Shown piece after piece: positions 1 to 11,830 of a stretch of 64,000 bases of DNA. This DNA is from Mobula hypostoma. Its lineage: Eukaryota. The notes beneath the pieces were generated by a model. That model did no database searches. It was given only the letters and a program-made list of their open reading frames with translations, and was not told where the DNA came from. How positions within the stretch are numbered: the first letter of the stretch is position 1; every line of letters starts with the position of its first letter. The position numbers were made by a program, and so were the translations under genes. Location: positions 7,006,001-7,070,000 of the forward strand of contig NC_086098.1 in assembly GCF_963921235.1 (NCBI RefSeq), read 5' to 3'.

Positions 1-520
1 GGAGCCAGCTAGATTCGAACTCAGGACGTCTTGCTCCAAAGTCCAGTGCAGATGCCACTACACCACTGGCACAGACTTAGAAGCATTAAGAATCCATACA
101 GTGCGCAAACATGATCCCAATTCCCTTGACATTTATAAAAAAAGGTAAAGAAGTGTTTGACAAAAAAGCAAATCTTCCCAGATCTGCCTCAGCTGGATTC
201 TCCCTTATGCTACAAATGAAACATTTTTTCCCCATGAGGGCCATCTTTTACCTTTTAAATGAGGCTGACAATTTATTGTCAATTAGCGCCCAAATAGAAG
301 CACTTTCTGATCATAAACTTAAATCTAGTAGCTTCCCTTAAGGATATTAAAGTGTGGATTATTGATTTCATCAGTTTGAGTCGGATTCAAATCGTACCAA
401 CACCATTGTATGTTCAGTGGTCTGAGCTACACTAAAGCTCAGTTAAAATATAATTAACGCAATTAAGTTATTGCTACAATCTATCTAGCTTTATACATTC
501 AAACCGCTGAGATGACCATT

Positions 521-1229
521 GTGCCGAGCTGACTTGGAGAGGTCGAGAACAGCTTTCCTGGCAGTGAAATATAGGCCCGAAGCAAATTGCTGCAGCAGGG
601 CCTGGTCCTAGTGTGAGGTTCAGGGGCAACTTAAACACCAGCCCAGCTAGACCATCTCCAATTTCTGCTAATTTTTCCCTTTCCCCTTCCTTCTTTTTCA
701 ATTGTCCACTCTAGCCTCTTCTCCTCACCTGCCTATCAAAGTGCATTTATTACCAAAGAATGGATAACTTATACAACCTTGAGATTTGCTTGCTTACTGG
801 TAGCCACAAAGCAAGGAACCCAAAAGAATTCAGTTTAAAAAACAATAAGACCAACTCCCAGGGCTCCCAGAGAAAGAGAAAAAGACACAAAACATATCAT
901 GCAAACAATAGAAGAGAGCAACAACAACATTTCAAACCAAATTGAGTCCTGAGATCCAAATCCCCGGAGTTGCTCAGAGTAGGCCCAAAGCCTCAGTATT
1001 CAGTTCATCATATTGGCGAGGTAAGTCGCCACAAAGTTCTCAGACAGGAAGCAGAGCAGCCGGGGCAGCCTTGGTGTTGTGGAGAGAGGAGCCCCCAGAC
1101 TAGCTGGGCTGGTGTTTAAGTTGTCCCTGAACCTCGCACTAGGACCAGGTCCTGCTGCAGCAATTTGCTTCGGGCCTATATTTCACTGCCAGAAAAGCTG
1201 TTCTCGACCTCTCCAAGTCAGTTCGGCAC
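521..1229. repeat. 130-bp inverted duplication (521-650 versus 1100-1229)
   Basis: Arms are reverse complements with 5 transitions by eye; spacer about 450 bp. Confidence 0.9.
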
Positions 1230-1720
1230 CCAGAGCAATTGAACATCACCCAACACACTGCCTTCCAGTCTATCTGGGCTGCCATTTAAATTATCCAAAT
1301 AGTGTATTGTTTTCTCGCATTAGGACCAGGCCACACCATGGCAAATCACTCCAGGCCTAGAACACACTAGCCAGCAATTTGCTTCAGACCCGGATTTCAC
1401 TGCAGAAGAAGCCATTCTTGACCTCACCAAATCGGCTCGGCGATCCACCCTCACAGCCGGGCCAGATGGACAGGCAGCGGAACCCCACTGTCCTGTCTTC
1501 TCCCCTCCGAGTCATTCACTCCAACCAGCAAAGATCCGACTCCCAAGTGCTTCGATTTTGCTGCGCACCAGAAGGGCACATCTTGCGAATTTGCTTTGTC
1601 CTCAGTCGCCTCTTCATTCTTTGATAGTTTATCATGATTTACTTCAAAAAATGTGTTATTAATAATGCTTTCAATTGAATTTCTTCGCACGTCTTCGGTA
1701 GTGCCATCTTAAACTGGAAG
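738..1720 (-). mobile_element. Non-coding, LINE-tailed non-autonomous retroelement
   Basis: Left end is the AAAGT.CATTTATT tail also seen near 25250, 27975 and 28975; right end reads AAGATGGC on the minus strand; internal diverged repeats. Confidence 0.45.
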
Positions 1721-2963
1721 TCCTCCCCTCAATGTAGATCCCCTCATCTTTCCCCTTCTCCCATGATCCACTCTCCCCTCTGATCAGATTCCTTCCTCTC
1801 CAGCCCCAAACCCTTTGCATCCATCGCCTCTCAGATTCTTACTTCAACCCTTCTCTCCCACCCAGCTGGCTTCACCTATCACCTCCTAGTTTGTCTTCCT
1901 TCTACTCCCTCACACCCATCTCCTAATTCTGGTTTCTTCACCTTTCCTTTCCAATCTTGATGAAGGGTCTCGGCCTGAAAAATCAACTGTTTATTCCCCT
2001 CCATCGATGCTGCCTGACCTGCTGAGTTCCTCCAACATTTTGTGTGTGTTGCTCTGGATTTCCAGCATCTGCAGAATCTCTTGTGTTTATGAAGGAAGCA
2101 TTTTGAACAGCATTCCACCCACACCGCCAACAGTGCAAACTGCAGCTGGAAATATAATTGTTCTAATGAAGTAAAATCAAGTCACTACTAATCTCAGTTG
2201 CTGGGTGACGTTCCAGCTCTGTCTCTTCATGCCCTCAATATCATGACGGAATCTGGTTCAGTGATCTCTAATCCCCAAGGAGAAAGAGAGTGGGTAGTTA
2301 ATTTATTATAGGAGTTAGCACGGGGATTCCCAATTTTGTGTTAAGCTTCTCATGTTAATATTATGGCGCAGAATTTATGGTTGGTGTTGTTCTGTCTCCC
2401 GAGCCCGTTTTACTGGAAAGTGCTGGTTCCACCCTGCGGATACGAGAGCCTGCACTATGGTGGGCCTTCCACCCCCACCCAACCCCGTGCCTTTGAACAG
2501 ATTTCTTGATCATCATCTAAGCCACACTCACAGTTAAATAATATAGCATTCAAAAATACTCTAAGAACGATTAAATCTGAGGTCAACTGTTGAATAAATT
2601 TAAACAAATAAACATTCAGTTTTTAAGCACACAAATAAGCTCAAATAATACAACTAAGATTGGTTAAGCATTTCCAAAGACGATGCCTGACCTATTGAGA
2701 TCCTCCAGCATTGGGTGTGCATTGGTTAAAATCATTCGAGCATATCAACATATTTAATTGGAAGAATGATACTTCCAGCTGTAGGTTTGCAGGCCAATGT
2801 TAGCACTGTGAGGTATTCTGTTCCAAATTTTTCCATTGCAAGGCCAAAATAGATTGTAGCAATAACTGATTATGATAATTATATTTTTGAACCGAGCTTT
2901 ACTGTAGTTCCGAATCCTGGATATGCAATATTATTTGAGTCCTTCTCCTTCATCAGATTTGAA

Positions 2964-3560
2964 AGACAATAGACAATAGACAATAGGTGCAGGAGTAGGC
3001 CATTCAGCCCTTCGAGCCAGCACCACCATTCACTGTGATCATGGCTGATCATCCACAATCAGTATCCAGTTCCTGCCTTATCCCCATAACCTTTGATTCC
3101 GCTATCTTTAAGAGCTCTATCCATGTCTTTCTTGAAAGCATCCAGAGACTTGGCCTCCACAGCCTTCTGGGGCAGAGCATTCCATATATCCACCACTCTC
3201 TGGATCAAAAAGTTTTTCCTCAACTCCGTTCTAGATGGCGTACCCCTTATTCTTAAACTGTGGCCTCTGGTTCTGGACTCACCCATCAACAGAAACATGC
3301 TTCCTGCCTCCAGCGTGTCCAATCCTTAAATAATCTTATATGTTTCAATAAGATCCCCTCTCAGCCTTCTAAATTCCAGAGTATACAAGCCCAGTCGCTC
3401 CAATCTTTCAACATATGACAGTCCCACCATCCCGGGGATTAATCTTGTGAACCTATGCTGCACTCCCTCAATAGCAAGAATGCCCTTCCTCAAATTTGGA
3501 GACCAAAACTGCACACAATACTCCAGGTGTGGTCTCACCAGGGCCCTGTACAACTGCAGA
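2964..3560 (-). mobile_element. CR1-clade LINE 3' fragment
   Basis: ORF2 C-terminal peptides (LVRPHLEYCVQFWSP, RTRGHSLRI), 3' stem-loop GGTGCAGG...GCACC and (ACAATAG)3 tail. Confidence 0.92.
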
Positions 3561-4368
3561 AGGGCCTCTGATGGAGAATAACTTCTCCAATCTCAGACAC
3601 ATCATGGTGCATTACCCCTGTCTAAGTTCAGGACAATTGTGGCAGCTTCAAGCTTCACAGCTGGAGAAATGTCCATGTGTGAGTTACCTCTGCAAAGAAA
3701 TCAAAACTCAAATTCCTTCCCAATACAGAGAAAACCGTATTCACAGAAAATTTTGCTCTGGTGAATACATCATTTACAGCCAAAGATGATCTAATAATAA
3801 ACAGAAGGGTTGCTGTAGATGCTGGACATCCAGAACAACACCCACAAAATGCTGGAGGAACTCAGAAGGTCAGGCATCATCCATGGAAATGAACAAACAG
3901 ATGACACTTCAGTCTGAGACCCTTCATCAGATCTGGAAAGGGAGGAAGGCAGAACAAGATAGTGGGGAGAGGGGAGGGGAAAGGAGTTCAAAGCTAGAAG
4001 GTGATAGGTGAGACCAGATTGGTGAGGGAGGAGGTTACGAAGTAAGAAGCTGGGAGGTGATAGGTGTGGATAGGTAAAGGGCTGAAGAAGAAGGAATCTG
4101 ATAGGAGGGGAGAGTGGACCATGGCAGAAAAGGAAGGAAGAGCCCCTCCCCCACCACATGGAGATCATATGCAGGTGAGGAGAATTATTATGATCTAACA
4201 ATATGTGTCCAAAATCCATTATGTATTTCCAGTCCTTAAAACTTTGGAAACACTCTGGATGCCCTCATGAATTAATTCATCCCAGTGCATGCGGACTCAG
4301 AGTTTACAGTCTAATGATTTAAATATAATTAGTACTTGGGTTCATGAGATTATTAAGATAAGAATATT

Positions 4369-4875
4369 TACTCAGTGGCCACTTTATTAGTTCCCTCCTG
4401 TACCTAATTAACTGGTTCAACATGTTGTACATTCAGGTGCTCTTCTGCACATCGCTGTGGTTACGCGTGGTTATTTGAGTTACTGTCTCCTTCCTGTCAG
4501 CTTCAATCAGTCTCATCTGACCTCTCTCATTAACAAGGCATTTTTGCCCACAGAGCTGCTGCTCACTGGATTTTTTTTTTGATTTTCACACCATTCTCTG
4601 TAAATTCTAGACACTGTTGTGCGTGAAAATCCCAGGAGATCAGCGGTTTCTGAGATACTCAAACCACCCCTTCTGGCACCAACAATCATTCCACAGTCAA
4701 AGTCACTTAGATTACATTTCTTCTCCATTCTGATATTTGGTCTGAACAACAACTGAACCCCTTGACCATTTCTGCATGCTTTTATGCATTGAGATGCTGC
4801 CACATGATTGGCTAATTCGGTATTTGTATTATTGACCAGGTGTACAGGTGTACCTGATAAAGTAGCCACTGAGTG
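4369..4875 (-). mobile_element. Tc1/mariner non-autonomous deletion derivative
   Basis: TIRs CTCAGTGGCCACTTTATTAG...ATAAAGTAGCCACTGAGTG followed by TA; Tc1 transposase N-terminal HTH peptide LSDFDCGMIVGARRGGLSISETADLLGFSRTTVSRIYREW. Confidence 0.85.
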
Positions 4876-5063
4876 TAGGACATGGCAGCATCTTCAGCTC
4901 ATGATTCTGTGCCAAACTAATTAATGCAATGACCCCGAATTAACTTAATCCCTCTTCCCTCCCTATTGAACACATCCCTCCCATCTCTGTATTTTAATGT
5001 GCCTATCTTTGGAATTTCTTAAGCACTCCTATCTGCCTCTACCACCACACCTGGCCGTGCATT

Positions 5064-5607
5064 CATAGTCATAGTCATAGTCATACTTTATTGATCCCAG
5101 GGGAAATTGGTTTTCATTACAGTTGCACCATAAATAATTAAGTAGTAATAAAACCATAAATAGTTAAATAGTAATATGTAAATTATGCCAGGAAATAAGT
5201 CCAGGACCGGCCTATTGACTCAGGGTGTCTGACCCTCCAAGGGAGGAGTTGTAAAGTTTGATGGCCACAGGCAGGAATGACTTCCTATGATGCTCTGTGT
5301 TGCATCTCGCTGGAATGAGTCTCTGGCTGAATGTACTCCTGTGCCCACCCAGTACATTATGTAGTGGATGGGAGACATTGTCCAAGATGGCATGCAACTT
5401 GGACAGCATCCTCTTTTCAGACACCACTGTCAGAGAGTCCAGTTCCATCCCCACAACATCACTGGCCTTACGAATGAGTTTGTTGATTCTGCTGGTGTCT
5501 GCCACCCTCAGCCTGCTGCCCCAGCACACAACAGCAAACATGATAGCACTGGCCACCACAGACTCGTAGAACATCCTCAGCATCGTCCGGCAGATGTTAA
5601 AGGACCT
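5064..5607 (-). mobile_element. Rex1/Babar-like LINE 3' fragment (family A)
   Basis: ORF 5212-5583 (FYESVVAS...SHPLH...SFLPVAIKLYN), 3' UTR and (CATAGT)n tail; near-identical to 21366-21963. Confidence 0.85.
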
Positions 5608-6249
5608 CCTCTGCCCTCTTCCAGATCCCCTCTGCCTTCAGTGTAAAAAATGCATATGCAGGCCAAGGCCCTTCTTTAAGAGTTCTGAAGAGGGGTCTCG
5701 GCTTGAAATATTGACTGTTTATTCATTTCTATAGATGCTGCCTGACCCACTGAGTTCTTCCAGCATTTTGTGTGCATTGCTCTGCATTTCCAGCATCTGC
5801 AGGATCTCTTCTGTGCATTATTAGATCATCTTTGTTCTATCACTTAAATATTGCTCCCAGACTTTTTTGTTCTGAGAATATGATAATGGCTGTCTACTCT
5901 ATCTTATGAACTTTTATCAAATCTCCTGTTAGCTTCCATTACTCTCGAGAAAACAGCTCTTACATGCCCAACTTTGATAATATATATTGACTTTGATCGA
6001 TAGTTAACTCTCAATAAGTAGGACTGGGATAAGACAGAAACAATTAAATGTGTCGATATGGGTGCTATGTGTTTCAATCCAGTTTGGAGATGGTCAGAGT
6101 AGAGTTCAATAGCACGTAGAAATTGAGTGGCAGAGTCTGGATTTATTGAATGGATATCTGTAACACAGTGGCTTTAAGATGTCTGTTCACTAATAATTGT
6201 GTAGATTGAAATGGTGCATTTAAACTAAAACACTTAAATGTTGTGCTAA

Positions 6250-6464
6250 CAGCAGGAATTCTGCAGATGCTGGAAATTCAAGCAACACACATCAAAGTTG
6301 CTGGTGAACGCAGCAGGCCAGGCAGCATCTCTAGGAAGAGGTACAGTCGACGTTTTAGGCCGAGACCCTTCGTCAGGTCCTGACAAAGGGTCTCAGCCTG
6401 AAACGTCGACTGTACCTCTTCCTAGAGATGCTGCCTGGTCTGCTGCGTTCACCAGCAACTTTGA
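6250..6464. mobile_element. Fold-back Penelope-derived element with 15-bp TSD
   Basis: 87-nt arms 6291-6377 and 6379-6465 with 4 mismatches; TAAATGTTGTGCTAA at 6235-6249 and 6465-6479. Confidence 0.88.
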
Positions 6465-6734
6465 TAAATGTTGTGCTAATGGATTGTGGTGTTTTTCATT
6501 TGCCACCTCAGCTTGTTTTCTCCACCATAGGGTCTAAAAGCTGCAGACACAAATTGCTGGAGGAACTCAGCAAGTCGAGCAACATCTATGGAGGGGAATA
6601 AGTAGTTAACATTTTAAGTCAGCCTGAAATATCAACTGCCTGACCTGCTTAGTCCCTCCAGCATTTTGTGCTCCTTGCTCAAGATTTCCAGCATCAGCAG
6701 AATCTCTTGGTATAAAGTCTGGGTAGGAAACAGT

Positions 6735-7075
6735 GGGTGGCATGTTCGCGCAGAGTTGGCATTGTGCTTCACAGCCCCAGCAATCAAGAATCAGGGTTCG
6801 ATTCCCACCGCTGCTGTAAAGAGAGTTTGTACGTTCTCCTGTAACTGCATGTGGTTCCCCCCAGTGTCCAGCTCCCTCCCGCATTCCAAAGGTGCACATG
6901 CTAGGATTAAGGTTAGTGAATTGTAGGCAAACTGTGTTGGCACTGGAAACACAGTGACATAGGCAGGCTGCCCCAAGCACAATCCCTGAAGCTGTGTTGG
7001 TCGTAGACGCAAACAACGTATTTCACTGTGTGTTTCGATGTACCTGTGAGAAATAAAGCCAATCTAATCTGTTCT
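6735..7075 (+). mobile_element. tRNA-headed SINE (V-SINE/HE1-like)
   Basis: Box-B-like GGTTCGATTCCC, central GAGTTTGTACGTTCTCC...CCCGCATTCCAAAG domain and AATAAAG tail. Related copies at about 13430-13705, 22148-22450, 27000-27240(-), 34700-34915(-), 35255-35520, 40600-40750, 42395-42690, 44140-44415(-), 45372-45665 and 61245-61525. Confidence 0.75.
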
Positions 7076-7397
7076 AATCTTGAGTTTACAATTAGGAATA
7101 ATAGTCACTGACATTAGGCCAGCCTAGATTTGTGTAAATCTATAAATTTTTTGTTCAAACATAAATTTTATCTGTACCAAAATCTACAATCAGACTGCCA
7201 GGTATTTACAGATTCAAAATGGGAACATGGTATGGTTTCACATACAGTACGAATCCACCCAGTTCAGTGAAATACTCATTGAAACTATGGGAAATTGCAA
7301 TAAGCTTCTTGTAAGCACAAGAAGTTGTACAGCTGCTGGAAATCAGGAGCAACAGCTACAAGATGCTGGAGGAACACAGCAGGTCAGGCAGCATCCA

Positions 7398-7960
7398 TGG
7401 CCGTATCTCGCGTAATGATGAGTTTGAGTACAGAGAGGAAATTAAGAACCTGGTGGCATGGTGCGAAGACAATAACCTATCCCTCAACGTCAGCAAGACG
7501 AAGGAATTGGTTGTTGACTTCAGAAGGAGTAGCGGACCGCACGACCCAATTTACATCGGTGGTGCGCAAGTGGAACAGGTCAAAAGCTTTAAGTTCCTCG
7601 GGGTCAATATCACAAATGACCTGACTTGGTCCAACCAAGCAGAGTTCACTGCCAAGAAGGCCCACCAGCGCCTTTACTTCCTGAGAAAACTAAAGAAATT
7701 TGGCCTGTCCCCTAGAACCCTCACTAATTTTTATAGATGCACCGTAGAAAGCATTCTTCTAGGGTGCATCACAACCTGGTATGCAAGTTGTCCTGTCCAA
7801 GACCAGAAGAAGCTGCAGAAGATCATGAACACAGCCCAGCACATCACACAAACCAATCTTCCGTCCTTGGACTCACTTTACGCCGCACGCTGTCGGAGCA
7901 GTGCTGCCAGGATAATCAAGGACACGACCCACCCAGCCAACACACTTTTCGTCCCTCTTC
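7398..7960 (+). mobile_element. Rex1/Babar-like LINE fragment (RT C-terminus/DUF1891-like, family B)
   Basis: WCEDNNLSLNVSKTKELVVDFRR, FKFLGVNI, AHQRLYFLRKLKKF and FYRCTVESIL motifs. Confidence 0.88.
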
Positions 7961-8240
7961 AAAGATTCAAGAAACTTTATTATCATTCTAACCATACATC
8001 AGCTCTGCAGGGCAGAATGAGACAGCGTTTCTCAGGGGCATTGCAATCATAACATAACAAATGCAACACTAAATAATAAACATAACAATAAATAGTAAAA
8101 CACAACAGCTGCATGTCAGTTGAAATCAGTTGTAGGTGTCCAGTGCAAGTTAAAAGTGTCCAAAGCAGAGTCAGGTGGAGCAGCTATTTAGCAGTCTGAC
8201 TGCCTGTGGGACGAAGCTGTTTAGTAGCCTTGTGGTTTTA
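7958..8240 (-). mobile_element. Rex1/Babar-like LINE 3' UTR (family C)
   Basis: Reverse complement of the 3' end of the element at 54793-55409. Confidence 0.8.
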
Positions 8241-8789
8241 TGAATGTTGGTTTAGAGATCAGGAATCCTTTTAAATATTTTTATAGCATCTTGTAAATTC
8301 ATCTGAATATGAGCTTGCTGGTGTTAATGTCAATGTAGCCATTTTCTGTAATCTGAGCAGCACGGTTGTTGTTTTGGGATGGACACTGAAGAGGAAGCTG
8401 CTGCAAAAATCCCTTCTTTGAAAGGAGAATTAATATATACCAGCTCCACTGCTCGATATTTCAGACCCTCTGGAAAGCTTTGCCCACGGTAAGAATGCAC
8501 CCATTGCAAAAGAAGCAACCAGGAATTTATTAGTTCCAGATTGTTTTGGGCAGCCTGTCATTGTCGGGAGTGACTTGCTGCTGCTCCAGTTCGAAGGAGA
8601 AGAAGGTGTTTTGTGCGTGATTTCTGTTAAAGTGGAATGGCCATCACACAATGTTAGCTACATTGTGTTTTGGGTAGATGCTGATGCCCAGTTTATACCA
8701 TTCCAGCTTTCAAGAGGTGACTTTTACTCAAATAACTCTAGACAAAAGTAGAAGTGTTTGAATGTTTCACTGTTTTTCCCTGTGGCCTG

Positions 8790-9625
8790 CTTCCTCAAGC
8801 ACCTCCGCTCCATCTGACAAAAGTGGGACTTCTCGGTGGTCAAACATTTTAATTCCGATTACTATTCTGACATGTTGGTCCACGGTCTCCTCCTGTACCA
8901 TGATGAGGTCAGCCTCAGGGTGCAGGAGCAACACCTTCTATTCTACCTGGGTAGCATTCAACCTGATGACATGAACTTCGATTTCTCTTTCATATAGGCA
9001 TCCCTTAGTCTCGTGAGACCATGGGTTTGCAACTTGGAAAGTTTCCAGGGCGCAGGTCTGGGCAAGGTTGTATGGAAGACCGGCAGTTGCCCATGCTGCA
9101 AGTCTCCCCTCTCCACGCCACCAGTGTTGTCCAAGGGAAGAGCATTAGGACCCATACAGCTTGGCACCGGTGTCATCGCAGAGCAATGTGTGGTTAAGTG
9201 CCTTGCTCAAGGACACACGCTGTCTCAGCTGAAGCTCGAACTAGCGACCTTCAGATTGCTAGACCGACGCCTCAACAAATTGGCCAAATAGAAGATTTCG
9301 CCTTCTATTGAACAAAAAGTCCCTACTCTTCCTCTTTTCCCCACTCTGACCTTTCACTTCTTCTCACTTGCCTGTCACCTGCCCTTGGGTCCCCTCCTCC
9401 TTCCCTTTCTCCCGTGGTCCACTTTCCATTCCAACCCTTGACCTTTCCCACAGACCCCTGCTTCCACCTATCACCATCCGGCTGGTTTCCTTCCCCACCC
9501 CCCACCTTTTCATTCTGGCACCTTCCCTCTTCCTTCTCGGTCCTGAAGAAGGGTCTCAGCCCAAAATGTCGTACTGTTAATGGATGCTGCCTGAACTGCT
9601 GAGCTCCTCCAGCACTTTTTGTGTA
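8790..9625 (+). mobile_element. Penelope-like element 3' remnant interrupted by a SINE (8993-9290, minus strand)
   Basis: Degenerate GIY-YIG C-terminal motif (V.KHFNS...SDMLVHGLL...LRVQEQHLLFYLGSIQPDDMN), pyrimidine-rich UTR, degenerate hammerhead-like motif near 9540. The nested SINE has a tRNA-like head and a GTGTCCTTGAGCAAGGCACTTAAC core. Confidence 0.7.
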
Positions 9626-9914
9626 ATGCTAGGTTTTTGAAGAGGACATATCTTCTAAGTAGGTAGTGTGGGAATATTATTTGTTTAAGTATGCATGTCA
9701 ATGCCTTTTGTGGTTACTGGCACAGTTTGTTGGTGCTGCAGTGTTAAAGGCAGGTTTGAAAGGTGGTTTATTTATCAACTGTTATTATTTCCTCGTGACT
9801 GGCATGTTGATGACAGGATCCATTAGGGATGGATCGATGCAATCTACTAAATATAAAGGTGATTAAATGATTGGTTGGGTTGAATTTAAATTTTGCATAG
9901 GGGAGTAGCAGGAG

Positions 9915-11830
9915 TTGCCAGCTTCCCTGCTGAACTGCTGAAGCATGGAGGAGAGGCCATGATAGACATGCTTACCACCATCTGCAATGTGATCTGGCAG
10001 ACAGGTGAATGGCCGACACCTTGGACTCAGTCGCTGATCACTGTGCTTCCCAAGAAAGGCAATCTCCAACTTTGCCAGAATTACCGTACCATCAGTTTGA
10101 TCAGCCATGTAAGCAAGGTAATACTCAGAATCATCTTGAACAGACTGAGACCTCAAGCAGAAGACATCATTGCCAAGGAACAAGCAGGCTTCTGTACGGG
10201 CAGAAGCACCACTGAACAGATTTTCAACCTCCGCACCCTCTGTGAGAAACACCTTCAGGACCAGAGTGCGTTCTACCACATCTTCATAGACTTCAAGAAG
10301 GCGTTTGACAGAGTCTGGCATGATGCCTTATGGGCCACCATGAAGAAATTCAACATGGGGCAAAAGCTGATTCATACAATTCATCAGCTCTACGCCAAGG
10401 CAACCAGTGCAGTACTCACTCAGGGCACCATCGGGGAGTAGTTCTGTACCTCTGTAGGAGTCTGTCAGGGCTGCCTCCTCTCCCCCACTCTCTTCAACGT
10501 CTTCCTGGAACGAATCATGAGTGTTGCCCTTGAAGATCATAGAAACATAGAAAATAGGTGCAGGAGTAGGCTATTCGGCCCCTCGAGCCTGCACCGCCAT
10601 TCAGTATGATCATGGCTGATCATCCAGCTCAGAACCCTGTACCAGCCTTCCCCCCATACCCCCTGATCCCTTTAGCCACAAGGACCATATCTAACTCCCT
10701 CTTAAATATAGCCAATGAACTGGCCTCAACTGTTTCCTGTGGCAGAGAATTCCACAGATTCACCACTCTCTGTGTGAGAAGAAGTTTTTCCTAATCTCGG
10801 TCCTAAAAGGCTTCCCCTTTATCCTCAAACTGTGACCCCTCGTTCTGGACTTCCCCATCACCGGGAACAATCTTCCTGCATCTAGCCTGTCCAATCCCTT
10901 GAGGATTTTATATGTTTCAATCAGATCCCCCCTCAATCTTCTAAATTCCAACGAGTATAAGCCTAGTCGATCTAGTCTTTCATCATATGAAAGTCCTGCC
11001 ATCCCAGGAATCAATTTGGTGAACCTCCTTTGTACTCCCTCTATGGCAAGGATGCCTTTCCTCAGATTAGGGGATCAAAACTGCACACAATACTCCAGGT
11101 GTGGTCTCACCAAGGCCTTGTACAACTGCAGTAGTACCTCCCTGCTCCTGTACTCGAATCCTCTTGCTATGAATGCCAGAAAGTGGGCGCATATGGGCAC
11201 AGTCAGCATCGGAGGGAGGAACATCACAAACCTATAATTTGCTGACGATATTGATGGACTTGCAGGAAAAGGGGACGAACTGGCCAACCTGGTTAGCCAT
11301 CTTGACAGGGCCTCCACAAAGTTTGGAATGGAATTAAGTGCTGAGAAAACCAAGCTCATGGCAAATGCCAACGGTGCCATCACAACAGACATCTCAGTCC
11401 ATGGTCAGAAACTTGAGACAGTGCAGCAGTTCAAATACCTGGGGGCAATCATCAGTGATGAAGGATCAAGACCAGAAATCCTGGCAAGAACCACACAGAC
11501 AATGACTGCACTATCCAAACTCAAGACAATATGGAGGGACAGCAACATCACCATGAAGTACAAGATCAGACTCCTACGTGCACTGGTATTCTCCATCTTC
11601 CTGTACACATGCGAGACATGGACCCTCACAGCAGAGCATACAGAGGAAGATACAGGCATTGGAAATGAGATGCTATCGCAACATCTTGGGCATCTCAGGT
11701 AGACAGAGGAAAAGATGGACGGACAACATTAAATGATGGACAGGGACAACATTTGCGGTGACCCAGGCTCTGGCACACAACTGCGACAGATGGAACAGAC
11801 TGGTGCAAAGCTTGTCATGACGGCACCCCA
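9915..11830 (+). mobile_element. RTE-clade LINE RT remnant, split by a CR1 insertion
   Basis: PKKGNLQLCQNYRTISLISH, FIDFKKAFDRV, GVCQGCLLSPTLFN, then after the insertion GTVSIGGRNITNL*FADDIDGLAG, FKYLGAII and YTCETWTL; in-frame stops are present. Confidence 0.9.
10541..11179 (-). mobile_element. Young CR1 LINE 3' fragment nested in the RTE
   Basis: (CATAGAAA)n tail, 3' stem-loop and ORF2 C-terminus; CATA on both sides (10538-10541 and 11190-11193). Confidence 0.93.

Noticed and set aside
6735..6815. tRNA genes at SINE heads (also 1-70, 9220-9290, 42395, 45372, 61245)
   Set aside because: Box A/B-like motifs run directly into SINE bodies; no complete cloverleaf.
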